Positions 34,801-47,429 of a stretch of DNA of 64,000 bases are shown one piece after another (position 1 is the stretch's first letter; the number at the start of each line of letters is the position of its first letter). The translations under genes and the position numbers were made by a program. The notes under the pieces were generated by a model, which saw only the letters and a program-made list of their open reading frames with translations, ran no database searches and was not told the DNA's origin. Source of the stretch: Eledone cirrhosa (Eukaryota); assembly GCA_964016885.1 (NCBI GenBank), contig OZ024747.1, forward strand, positions 29,760,001 to 29,824,000. Direction: 5' to 3'.

Positions 34801-37800
34801 CCCCGTTTTTCTATGGGGGGGGTTCGTTTTTTATTTGGGTACCCCGTTTTTTATTTGGGTGCCCCGTTTTTTTATGGGGGGGTCCGTTTTTTAATTGGGT
34901 GCCCCGTTTTTTATTTGGGTGCCCCGTTTTTTATTTGGGTGCCCCGTTTTTTTATGGGGGGGGGCCGTTTTTTATTTGGGTACCCCGTTTTTTATTTGGG
35001 TGCCCCGTTTTTTTATGGGGGGGGTCCGTTTTTTATTTGGGTGCCCCGTTTTTTTTATGGGGGGGTCCGTTTTTTATTTGGGTACCCCGTTTTTTATTTG
35101 GGTGCCCCGTTTTTTTATGGGGGGGGTCCGTTTTTTATTTGGGTGCCCCGTTTTTTTATGGGGGTACCCCGTTTTTTATTTGGGTGCCCCGTTTTTTTAT
35201 GGGGGGGGTCCGTTTTTTATTTGGGTGCCCCGTTTTTTTATGGGGGGTCCCGTTTTTTATTTGGGTGCCCCGTTTTTTTATGGGGGGGTCCCGTTTTTTA
35301 TTTGGGTGCCCCGTTCTTTTATGGGGGGGTCCGTTTTTTATTTGGGTGCCCCGTTTTTTTATGGGGGGGTCCCGATTTTTATTTGGGTGCCCCGTTTTTT
35401 TATGGAGGGGCCGTTTTTTATTTGGGTGCCCCGTTTTTTTATGGGGGGGTCCCGTTTTTTATTTGGGTGCCCCGTTTTTATATGGGGGGGGTCCGTTTTT
35501 TATTTGGGTACCCCGTTTTTTATTTGGGTGCCCCGTTTTTTTATGGGGGGGTCCGTTTTTTATTTGGGTGCCCCGTTTTTTATGGGGGGGGTCCGTTTTT
35601 TATTTGGGTGCCCCGTTTTTTTATGGGGGGGTCCCGTTTTTTATTTGGGTGCCCCGTTTTTTTATGGGGGGGTCCGTTTTTTATTTGGGTACCCCGTTTT
35701 TTATTTGGGTGCCCCGTTTTTTTATGGGGGGGGGTCCGTTTTTTATTTGGGTGCCCCGTTTTTTATGGGGGGGGGGTCCGTTTTTTATTTGGGTGCCCCG
35801 TTTTTTTATGGGGGGGTCCCGTTTTTTATTTGGGTGCCCCGTTTTTTTATGGGGGGATCCGTTTTTTATTTGGGTACCCCGTTTTTTATTTGGGTGTCCC
35901 GTTTTTTTATGGGGGGGGTACGTTTTTTATTTGGGTGCCCCGTATTTTATTTGGGTGCCCCGTTTTTTTATGGGGGGATCCGTTTTTTATTTGCGTGCCC
36001 CGTTTTATATTTGGGTGCCCCGTTTTTTATTTGGGTGCCCCGTTTTTTTATGGGGGGGTCCGTTTTTTATCTGGGTACCCCGTTTTTTATTTGGGTACCC
36101 CGTTTTTTATTTGGGTGCCCCGTTTTTTTATGGGGGGGGTCCGTTTTTTATTTGGGTGCCCCGTTTTTTTTATGGGGGGGTCCGTTTTTTATTTGGGTGC
36201 CCCGTTTTTTATTTGGGTACCCCGTTTTTTATTTGGGTGCCCCGTTTTTTATTTGGGTGCCCCGTTTTTTTATGGGGGGGTCCGTTTTTTATTTGGGTGC
36301 CCCGTTTTTTATTTGGGTACCCCGTTTTTTATTTGGGTGCCCCGTTTTTTTATGGGGGGGTCCGTTTTTTATTTGGGTGCCCCGTTTTTTTATGGGGGGG
36401 GGGGGGCCGTTTTTTATTTGGGTACCCCGTTTTTTATTTGGGTGCCCCGTTTTTTTATGGGGGGGGGTCCGTTTTTTATTTGGGTGCCCCGTTTTTTTAT
36501 GGGGGTACCCCGTTTTTTATTTGGGTGTCCCGTTTTTTTATGGGGGGGGTCCGTTTTTTATTTGGGTGCCCCGTTTTTTTATGGGGGGTCCCGTTTTTTA
36601 TTTGGGTGCCCCGTTTTTTTATGGGGGGGTCCCGTTTTTTATTTGGGTGCCCCGTTTTTTTATGGGGGGGGTCCGTTTTTTATTTGGGTGCCCCGTTTTT
36701 TTATGGGGGGGTCCCGTTTTTTATTTGGGTGCCCCGTTTTTTTATGGAGGGGCCGTTTTTTATTTGGGTGCCCCGTTTTTTTATGGGGGGGTCCGTTTTT
36801 TATTTGGGTGCCCCGTTTTTTTATGGGGGGGTCCCGTTTTTTATTTGGGTGCCCCGTTTTTTTATGGGGGGGGGTCCGTTTTTTATTTGGGTGCCCCGTT
36901 TTTTATTTGGGTGCCCCGTTTTTTTATGGGGGGATCCGTTTTTTATTTGCGTGCCCCGTTTTATATTTGGGTGCCCCGTTTTTTATTTGGGTGCCCCGTT
37001 TTTTTATGGGGGGGTCCGTTTTTTATCTGGGTACCCCGTTTTTTATTTGGGTACCCCGTTTTTTATTTGGGTGCCCCGTTTTTTTATGGGGGGGGTCCGT
37101 TTTTTATTTGGGTGCCCCGTTTTTTTTATGGGGGGGGGGTCCGTTTTTTATTTGGGTGCCCCGTTTTTTATTTGGGTACCCCGTTTTTTATTTGGGTGCC
37201 CCGTTTTTTATTTGGGTGCCCCGTTTTTTTATGGGGGGGTCCGTTTTTTATTTGGGTGCCCCGTTTTTTATTTGGGTACCCCGTTTTTTATTTGGGTACC
37301 CCGTTTTTTATTTGGGTGCCCCGTTTTTTTATGGGGGGGTCCGTTTTTTATTTGGGTGCCCCGTTTTTTTATGGGGGGGGCCGTTTTTTATTTGGGTACC
37401 CCGTTTTTTATTTGGGTGCCCCGTTTTTTTATGGGGGGGGGTCCGTTTTTTATTTGGGTGCCCCGTTTTTTTATGGGGGGGATCCGTTTTTTATTTGGGT
37501 GCCCCGTTTTTTTATGGGGGGGTCCCGTTTTTTATTTGGGTGCCCCGTTTTTTTATGGGGAGGGTCCGTTTTTTATTAGGGTGCCCCGTTTTTTTATTGG
37601 GGGGTCCCGTTTTTTATTTGGGTGCCCCGTTTTTTTATGGGGGGGGTCCGTTTTTTATTTGGGTACCCCGTTTTTTATTTGGGTGCCCCGTTTTTTTATG
37701 GGGGGGGGTCCGTTTTTTATTTGGGTGCCCCGTTTTTTTATGGGGGGTCCCGTTTTTTATTTGGGTGCCCCGTTTTTTTATGGGGAGGGTCCGTTTTTTA

Positions 37801-38060
37801 TTTGGGTGCCCCGTTTTTTTATGGGGGGGGTCCCGTTTTTTATTTGGGTGCCCCGTTTTTTATTTGGGTGCCCCGTTTTTTTATGGGGGGGTCCGTTTTT
37901 TATTTGGGTGCCCCGTTTTTTTATGGGGGGGTCCGTTTTTTATTTGGGTGCCCCGTTTTTTTTATGGGGGGGTCCGTTTTTTATCTGGGTAACCCGCTTT
38001 TTATTTGGGTACCCCGTTTTTTATTTGGGTGCCCCGTTTTTTTATGGGGGAGATCCGTTT
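25900..38060. repeat. ~3.8-4.1-kb block duplicated at 8.07-8.34-kb offset in satellite B (about 25.9-29.7 kb vs 34.0-38.06 kb)
   Basis: TTTACGGGG 26158/34226, ATGGAGGGG 26706/34778, 27333/35406, 28410/36748, CCCGATTTT 27301/35374, TTTGCGTG 27700/35994 and 28612/36950, CTGGGTAACCCGC ~29651/37985. Confidence 0.85.
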
Positions 38061-40255
38061 TTTATTTGGGTGCCCCGTTTTATATTTGGGTGCCCCGTTT
38101 TTTATTTGGGTGCCCCGTTTTTTTATGGGGGGGTCCGTTTTTTATCTGGGTAACCCGCTTTTTATTTGGGTACCCCGTTTTTTATTTGGGTGCCCCTTTT
38201 TTTTATGGGGGGGGGTCCGTTTTTTATTTGGGTACACCGTTTTTTATTTGGGTGCCCCGTTTTTTTATGGGGGGGTCCGTTTTTTATTTGGGTGCCCCGT
38301 TTTTTTATGGGGGGGTCCGTTTTTTATTTGGGTGCCCCGTTTTTTTATGGGGGGGTCCCGTTTTTTATTTGGGTGCCCCGTTTTTTTATGGGGGGGGGGT
38401 TCGTTTTTTATTTGGGTACCCCGTTTTTTATTTGGGTGCCCCGTTTTTTTATGGGGGGGGGGTCCGTTTTTTATTTGGGTGCCCCGTTTTTTTATGGGGG
38501 GGGGTCCGTTTTTTATTTGGGTGTCCCGTTTTTTTATGGGGGGGTCCCGTTTTTTATTTGGGTGCCCCGTTTTTTTATGGGGGGGGTCCGTTTTTTATTT
38601 GGGTACCCCGTTTTTTATTTGGGTGCCCCGTTTTTTTATGGGGGGGGTCCGTTTTTTATTTGGGTGCCCCGTTTTTTTATGGGGGGACCGTTTTTTATCT
38701 GGGTACCCCGTTTTTTATTTGGGTACCCCGTTTTTTATTTGGGTGCCCCGTTTTTTATGGGGGGGGGTCCGTTTTTTATTTGGGTGCCCCGTTTTTTTTA
38801 TGGGGGGGTACGTTTTTTATTTGGGTACCCCGTTTTTTATTTGGGTGCCCCGTTTTTTTATGGGGGGGGTCCGTTTTTTATTTGGGTGCCCCGTTTTTTT
38901 ATGGGGGGGTCCGTTTTTTATTTGGGTGCCCCGTTTTTTATTTGGGTGTCCCGTTTTTTTATGGGGGGGTCCCGTTTTTTATTTGGGTGCACCGTTTTTT
39001 TATGGGGGGGTCCGTTTTTTATTTGGGTGCCCCGTTTTTTTAGGGGGGGGGTCCGTTTTTTTATGGGGGGGGGTCCGTTTTTTATTTGGGTGCCCCGTTT
39101 TTTTATGGGGGGTCCCGTTTTTTATTTGGGTGCCCCGTTTTTTTATGGGGAGGGTCCGTTTTTTATTTGGGTGCCCCGTTTTTTTATGGGGGGGGTCCCG
39201 TTTTTTATTTGGGTGCCCCGTTTTTTATTTGGGTGCCCCGTTTTTTTATGGGGGGGTCCGTTTTTTATTTGGGTGCCCCGTTTTTTTATGGGGGGGTCCG
39301 TTTTTTATTTGGGTGCCCCGTTTTTTTTATGGGGGGGTCCGTTTTTTATCTGGGTAACCCGCTTTTTATTTGGGTACCCCGTTTTTTATTTGGGTGCCCC
39401 GTTTTTTTATGGGGGAGATCCGTTTTTTATTTGGGTGCCCCGTTTTATATTTGGGTGCCCCGTTTTTTATTTGGGTGCCCCGTTTTTTTATGGGGGGGTC
39501 CGTTTTTTATCTGGGTAACCCGCTTTTTATTTGGGTACCCCGTTTTTTATTTGGGTGCCCCTTTTTTTTATGGGGGGGGGTCCGTTTTTTATTTGGGTAC
39601 ACCGTTTTTTATTTGGGTGCCCCGTTTTTTTATGGGGGGGTCCGTTTTTTATTTGGGTGCCCCGTTTTTTTATGGGGGGGTCCGTTTTTTATTTGGGTGC
39701 CCCGTTTTTTTATGGGGGGGTCCCGTTTTTTATTTGGGTGCCCCGTTTTTTTATGGGGGGGGGTTCGTTTTTTATTTGGGTACCCCGTTTTTTATTTGGG
39801 TGCCCCGTTTTTTTATGGGGGGGGGTCCGTTTTTTATTTGGGTGCCCCGTTTTTTTATGGGGGGGGTCCGTTTTTTATTTGGGTGTCCCGTTTTTTTATG
39901 GGGGGGTCCCGTTTTTTATTTGGGTGCCCCGTTTTTTTATGGGGGGGGTCCGTTTTTTATTTGGGTACCCCGTTTTTTATTTGGGTGCCCCGTTTTTTTA
40001 TGGGGGGGGTCCGTTTTTTATTTGGGTGCCCCGTTTTTTTATGGGGTGACCGTTTTTTATCTGGGTACCCCGTTTTTTATTTGGGTACCCCGTTTTTTAT
40101 TTGGGTGCCCCGTTTTTTTATGGGGGGGGGTCCGTTTTTTATTTGGGTGCCCCGTTTTTTTTATGGGGGGGTACGTTTTTTATTTGGGTACCCCGTTTTT
40201 TATTTGGGTGCCCCGTTTTTTTATGGGGGGGGTCCGTTTTTTATTTGGGTGCCCC
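37700..40255. repeat. 1365-bp tandem duplication in satellite B
   Basis: CTGGGTAACCCGCT at 37985/39350 and 38146/39511; GGTACACCG 38236/39601; GGGGAGGGT 37786/39151; all offsets are 1365. Confidence 0.87.
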
Positions 40256-43200
40256 GTTTTTTTATGGGGGTACCCCGTTTTTTATTTAGGTGCCCCGTTT
40301 TTTTATGGGGGGGGGTCCGTTTTTTATTTGGGTGCCCCGTTTTTTTATGGGGGGGTACCGTTTTTTATTTGGGTGCCCCGTTTTTTTATGGGGGGGTCCC
40401 GTTTTTTATTTGGGTGCCCCGTTTTTTTATGGGGGGGTCCGTTTTTTATTTGGGTACCCCGTTTTTTATTTGGGTGCCCCGTTTTTTTATGGGGGGGGTC
40501 CGTTTTTTATTTGGGTGCCCCGTTTTTTTATGGGGGGGGTCCGTTTTTTATTTGGGTGCCCCGTTTTTTTATGGGGGGGTCCCGTTTTTTATTTGGGTGC
40601 CCCGTTTTTTTATGGGGGGGTCCGTTTTTTATTTGGGTGCCCCGTTTTTTATTTGGGTGTCCCGTTTTTTTATGGGGGGGTCCCGTTTTTTATTTGGGTG
40701 CACCGTTTTTTTATGGGGGGGTCCGTTTTTTATTTGGGTGCCCCGTTTTTTTATGGGGGGGTCCGTTTTTTATTTGGGTGCCCCGTTTTTTTAGGGGGGG
40801 GGGGTCCGTTTTTTATTTGGGTGCCCCGTTTTTTTATTTGGGTGCCCCGTTTTTTTATGGGGGGGGTCCGTTTTTTATTTGGGTGCCCCGTTTTTTTTAT
40901 GGGGGGGTCCGTTTTTTATTTGGGTACCCCGTTTTTTATTTGGGTGCCCCGTTTTTTTATGGGGGGGTACGTTTTTTATTTGGGTGCCCCGTTTTTTTAT
41001 GGGGGGGGGGGTCCGTTTTTTATTTGGGTGACCCGTTTTTTATGGGGGGTCCCGTTTTTTATTTGGGTACCCCGTTTTTTATTTGGGTGCCCCGTTTTTT
41101 TATGGGGGGATCCGTTTTTTATTTGGGTGCCCCGTTTTTTATTTGGGTGTCCCGTTTTTTTATGGGGGGTCACGTTTTTTATTTGGGTGCCCCGTTTTTT
41201 TATGGGGGGTCCGTTTTTTATTTGGGTACCCCGTTTTTTATTTGGGTGCCCCGTTTTTTTATGGGGGGTCCGTTTTTTATTTGGGTGCCCCGTTTTTTTA
41301 TGGGGGGGGGGTCCGTTTTTTATTTGGGTGCCCCGTTTTTTTATGGGGGGGTCCGTTTTTTAATTGGGTGCCCCGTTTTTTATTTGGGTGCCCCGTTTTT
41401 TTATGGGGGGGTCCGTTTTTTATCTGCGTAACCCGCTTTTTATTTGGGTACCCCGTTTTTTATTTGGGTGCCCCTTTTTTTTATGGGGGGGTCCGTTTTT
41501 TATTTGGGTGTCCCGTTTTTTTTATGGGGGGGGTCCGTTTTTTATTTGGGTACCCCGTTTTTTATTTGGGTGCCACGTTTTTTTATAGGGGGGTCCGTTT
41601 TTTATTTGGGTGCCCCGTTTTTTATTTGGGTGCCCCGTTTTTTTATGGGGGGGTCCGTTTTTTATTTGGGTGCCCCGTTCTTTTATGGGGGGGTCCCGTT
41701 TTTTATTTGGGTGCCCCGTTTTTTTATGGGGGGGGGTCCGTTTTTTATTTGGGTACCCCGTTTTTTATTTGGGTGTCCCGTTTTTTATGGGGGGGTCCGT
41801 TTTTTATTTGGGTGCCCCGTTTTTTTATGGGGGGGGGTCCGTTTTTTATTTGGGTGTCCCGTTTTTTTATGGGGGTGTCCCGTTTTTTATTTGGGTGCCC
41901 CGTTTTTTTATGGGGGGGTCCGTTTTTTATTTGGGTACCCCGTTTTTTATTTGGGTGCCCCGTTTTTTTATGGGGGGGGTGCGTTTTTTATTTGGGTGCC
42001 CGTTTTTTTATGGGGGGACCGTTTTTTATCTGGGTACCCCGTTTTTTATTTGGGTACCCCGTTTTTTATTTGGGTGCCCCGTTTTTTATGGGGGGGTCCG
42101 TTTTTTATTTGGGTGCCCCGTTTTTTTTTATGGGGGGGTCCGTTTTTTATTTGGGTACCCCGTTTTTTATTTGGCTGCCCCGTTTTTTTATGGGGGGGGT
42201 CCGTTTTTTATTTGGGTGCCCCGTTTTTTTATGGGGGTACCCCGTTTTTTATTTGGGTGCCCCGTTTTTTTATGGGGGGGTGTCCGTTTTTTATTTGGGT
42301 GCCCCGTTTTTTTATGGGGGGGTCCGTTTTTTATTTGGGTACCCCGTTTATTATTTGGGTGCCCCGTTATTTTATGGGGGGGGGTCCGTTTTTTATTTGG
42401 GTGCCCCGTTTTTTTATGGGGGGGGCCGTTTTTTATTTGGGTGCCCCGTTTTTTTATGGGGGTGGTCCGTTTTTTATTTGGGTACCCCGTTTTTTATTTG
42501 GGTGCCCCGTTTTTTTATGGGGGGGGTCCGTTTTTTATTTGGGTGACCTGTTTTTTTATGGGGGGGGTCCGTTTTTTATTTGGGTGCCCCGTTTTTTTAT
42601 GGGGGGACCGTTTTTTATCTGGGTACCCCGTTTTTTATTTGGGTACCCCGTTTTTTATTTGGGTGCCCCGTTTTTTTATGGGGGGGGGGTCCGTTTTTTA
42701 TTTGGGTGCCCCGTTTTTTTTATGGGGGGGTACGTTTTTTATTTGGGTACCCCGTTTTTTATTTGGGTGCCCCGTTTTTTTATGGGGGGGGTCCGTTTTT
42801 TATTTGGGTGCCCCGTTTTTTTATGGGGGTACCCCGTTTTTTATTTAGGTGCCCCGTTTTTTTATGGGGGGGGGTACGTTTTTTATTTGGGTGCCCCGTT
42901 TTTTTATGGGGGGGTACCGTTTTTTATTTGGGTGCCCCGTTTTTTTATGGGGGGGTCCCGTTTTTTATTTGGGTGCCCCGTTTTTTTATGGGGGGGTCCG
43001 TTTTTTATTTGGGTACCCCGTTTTTTATTTGGGTGCCCCGTTTTTTTATGGGGGGGGTCCGTTTTTTATTTGGGTGCCCCGTTTTTTTATGGGGGGGGTC
43101 CGTTTTTTATTTGGGTGCCCCGTTTTTTTATGGGGGGGTCCCGTTTTTTATTTGGGTGCCCCGTTTTTTTATGGGGGGGTCCGTTTTTTATTTGGGTGCC

Positions 43201-44520
43201 CCGTTTTTTATTTGGGTGTCCCGTTTTTTTATGGGGGGGTCCCGTTTTTTATTTGGGTGCACCGTTTTTTTATGGGGGGGTCCGTTTTTTATTTGGGTGC
43301 CCCGTTTTTTTATGGGGGGGTCCGTTTTTTATTTGGGTGCCCCGTTTTTTTAGGGGGGGGGTCCGTTTTTTATTTGGGTGCCCCGTTTTTTTATTTGGGT
43401 GCCCCGTTTTTTTATGGGGGGGTCCGTTTTTTATTTGGGTGCCCCGTTTTTTTTATGGGGGGGTCCGTTTTTTATTTGGGTACCCCGTTTTTTATTTGGG
43501 TGCCCCGTTTTTTTATGGGGGGGTACGTTTTTTATTTGGGTGCCCCGTTTTTTTATGGGGGGGGGGTCCGTTTTTTATTTGGGTGACCCGTTTTTTATGG
43601 GGGGTCCCGTTTTTTATTTGGGTACCCCGTTTTTTATTTGGGTGCCCCGTTTTTTTATGGGGGGATCCGTTTTTTATTTGGGTGCCCCGTTTTTTATTTG
43701 GGTGTCCCGTTTTTTTATGGGGGGTCCCGTTTTTTATTTGGGTGCCCCGTTTTTTTATGGGGGGTCCGTTTTTTATTTGGGTACCCCGTTTTTTATTTGG
43801 GTGCCCCGTTTTTTTATGGGGGGTCCGTTTTTTATTTGGGTGCCCCGTTTTTTTATGGGGGGGGTCCGTTTTTTATTTGGGTGCCCCGTTTTTTTATGGG
43901 GGGGTCCGTTTTTTAATTGGGTGCCCCGTTTTTTATTTGGGTGCCCCGTTTTTTTATGGGGGGGTCCGTTTTTTATCTGCGTAACCCGCTTTTTATTTGG
44001 GTACCCCGTTTTTTATTTGGGTGCCCCTTTTTTTTATGGGGGGGTCCGTTTTTTATTTGGGTGCCCCGTTTTTTTTATGGGGGGGGTCCGTTTTTTATTT
44101 GGGTACCACGTTTTTTATTTGGGTGCCCCGTTTTTTTATAGGGGGGTCCGTTTTTTATTTGGGTGCCCCGTTTTTTATTTGGGTGCCCCGTTTTTTTATG
44201 GGGGGGGTCCGTTTTTTATTTGGGTGCCCCGTTCTTTTATGGGGGGGTCCCGTTTTTTATTTGGGTGCCACGTTTTTTTATGGGGGGGTCCGTTTTTTAT
44301 TTGGGTACCCCGTTTTTTATTTGGGTGTCCCGTTTTTTATGGGGGGGTCCGTTTTTTATTTGGGTGCCCCGTTTTTTTATGGGGGGGGGGCCGTTTTTTA
44401 TTTGGGTGTCCCGTTTTTTTATGGGGGTGTCCCGTCTTTTATTTGGGTGCCCCGTTTTTTTATGGGGGGGTCCGTTTTTTATTTGGGTACCCCGTTTTTT
44501 ATTTGGGTGCCCCGTTTTTT
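40040..44520. repeat. ~2.55-kb-offset duplication in satellite B (about 40.04-41.97 kb vs 42.6-44.5 kb)
   Basis: TTTAGGTG 40288/42847, TATCTGCGTAACCCGC 41424/43977; ORF-track starts 41364/43917 and 41444/43997 differ by 2553. Confidence 0.83.
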
Positions 44521-47429
44521 TATGGGGGGGGTCCGTTTTTTATGGGGGGGGTCCGTTTTTTATTTGGGTGCCCCGTTTTTTTTTATGGGGGGGTCCGTTT
44601 TTTTATGGGGGGGTCCGTTTTTTATTTGGGTACCCCGTTTATTATTTGGGTGCCCCGTTTTTTATTTGGGTGCCCCGTTTTTTATTTGGGTGCCCCGTTT
44701 TTTTATGGGGGGGTCCGTTTTTTATTTGGGTGCCCCGTTTTTTATTTGGGTACCCCGTTTTTTATTTGGGTGCCCCGTTTTTTTATGGGGGGGATCCGTT
44801 TTTTATTTGGGTGCCCCGTTTTATATTTGGGTGCCCCGTTTTTTATTTGGGTGCCCCGTTTTTTTATGGGGGGGGTCCGTTTTTTATTTGGGTGCCCCGT
44901 TTTTTTTATGGGGGGGGTCCGTTTTTTATTTGGGTGCCCCGTTTTTTATTTGGGTGCCCCGTTTTTTTTATGGGGGGGGTCCGTTTTTTATTTGGGTGCC
45001 CCGTTTTTTATTTGGGTACCCCGTTTTTTATTTGGGTGCCCCGTTTTTTATTTGGGTGCCCCGTTTTTTTATGGGGGGTCCGTTTTTTATTTGGGTGCCC
45101 CGTTTTTTATTTGGGTACCCCGTATTTTTATGGGGGGGTCCGTTTTTTATTTGGGTACCCCGTTTTTTATTTGGGTGCCCCGTTTTTTTATGGGGGGATC
45201 CGTTTTTTATTTGGGTGCCCCGTTTTTTATTTGGGTGTCCCGTTATTTTATGGGGGGTCCCGTTTTTTATTTGAGTGCCCCGTTTTTTTATGGGGGGGGT
45301 CCGTTTTTTATTTGGGTACCCCGTTTTTTATTTGGGTGCCCCGTTTTTTTATGGGGGGGGTCCGTTTTTTATTTGGGTGCCCCGTTTTTTTATGGGGGGG
45401 GTCCGTTTTTTATTTGGGTGCCCCGTTTTTTTATGGGGGGGTCCCGTTTTTTATTTGGGTGCCCCGTTTTTTTATGGGGGGATCCGTTTTTTATTTGGGT
45501 GCCCCGTTTTTTATTTGGGTGTCCCGTTTTTTTATGGGGGGGTCCGTTTTTTATTTGGGTGCCCCGTTTTTTTATGGGGGGGTCCGTTTTTTATTTGGGT
45601 ACCCCGTTTTTTATTTGGGTGCCCCGTTTTTTTATGGGGGGGTCCGTTTTTTATTTGGGTGCCCCTTTTTTTTATGGGGGGGGTCCGTTTTTTATTTGGG
45701 TGCCCCGTTTTTTTATGGGGGGTCCCGTTTTTTATTTGGGTGCCCCGTTTTTTTATGGGGGGTCCGTTTTTTATTTGGGTACCCCGTTTTTTATTTGGGT
45801 GCCCCGTTTTTTTATGGGGGGGTCCCGTTTTTTATTTGGGTGCCCCGTTTTTTTATGGGGGGGGGTCCGTTTTTTATCTGGGTACCCCGTTTTTTATTTG
45901 GGTACCCCGTTTTTTATTTGGGTGCCCCGTTTTTTTATGTGGGGTGTCCGTTTTTTATTTGGGTGCCCCGTTTTTTTTATGGGGGGGTCCGTTTTTTATT
46001 TGGGTGCCCCGTTTTTTATTTGGGTACCCCGTTTTTTATTTGGGTGCCCCGTTTTTTATTTGGGTGCCCCGTTTTTTTATGGGGGGGGCCGTTTTTTATT
46101 TGGGTGCCCCGTTTTTTTATGGGGGGGTCCGTTTTTTATTTGGGTACCCCGTTTTTTATTTGGGTGCCCCGTTTTTTTATGGGGGGGCCGTTTTTTATTT
46201 GGGTGCCCCGTTTTTTTATGGGGGGGGTCCGTTTTTTATTTGGGTGCCCCGTTTTTTATTTGGGTGCCCCGTTTTTTTATGAGGGGGTCCGTTTTTTATT
46301 TGGCTGCCCCGTTTTTTTATGGGGGGGTCCGTTTTTTAATTGGGTACCCCGTTTTTTATTTGGGTGCCCCGTTTTTTATTTGGGTGTCCCGTTTTTTTAT
46401 GGGGGGGTCCGTTTTTTATTTGGGTGCCCCGTTTTTTATGGGGGGTCCCGTTTTTTATTTGGGTGCCCCGTTTTTTTATGGGGGGTCCCGTTTTTTATTT
46501 GGGTGCCCCGTTTTTTTATGGGGGGGGGTCCGTTTTTTATTTGGGTACCCCGTTTTTTATTTGGGTGCCCCGTTTTTTTATGGGGGGGGGTCCGTTTTTT
46601 ATTTGGGTGCCCCGTTTTTTTATGGGGGGTCCCGTTTTTTATTTGGGTGCCCCGTTTTTTTATGGGGGGTCCGTTTTTTATTTGGGTGCCCCGTTTTTTT
46701 ATGGGGGGGTCCCGTTTTTTATTTGGGTGCCCCGTTTTTTTATGGGGGGGTCCCGTTTTTTATTTGGGTGCCCCGTTTTTTTATGGGGGGGGTCCGTTTT
46801 TTATTTGGGTACCCCGTTTTTTATTTGGGTGCCCCGTTTTTTTATGGGGGGTCCGTTTTTTATTTGGGTGCTCCGTTTTTTTATGGGGGGGTCCGTTTTT
46901 TATTTGGGTGCCCCGTTTTTTATTTGGGTGCCCCGTTTTTTTATGGGGGGGTCCGTTTTTTATTTGGGTGCCCCGTTTTTTTATGGGGGGGTCCGTTTTT
47001 TATTTGGGTGCCCCGTTTTTTTATGGGGGGGTCCCGTTTTTTATTTGGGTGCCCCGTTTTTTTATGGGGGGGTTCGTTTTTTATTTGGGTACCCCGTTTT
47101 TTTATTTGGGTACCCCGTTTTTTATTTGGGTGCCCCGTTTTTTTATGGGGGGGGTCCGTTTTTTATTTGGCTGCCCCGTTTTTTTATGGGGGGGTCCGTT
47201 TTTTATTTGGGTGCCCCGTTTTTTTATGGGGGGTCCCGTTTTTTATTTGGGTGCCCCGTTTTTTTATGGGGGGGTCCGTTTTTTATTTGGGTACCCCGTT
47301 TTTTATTTGGGTGCCCCGTTTTTTTATGGGGGGATCCGTTTTTTATTTGGGTGTCCCGTTTTTTATTTGGGTGTCCCGTTTTTTTATGGGGGGGTCCGCT
47401 TTTTATTTGGGTGCCCCGTTTTTTTATGG

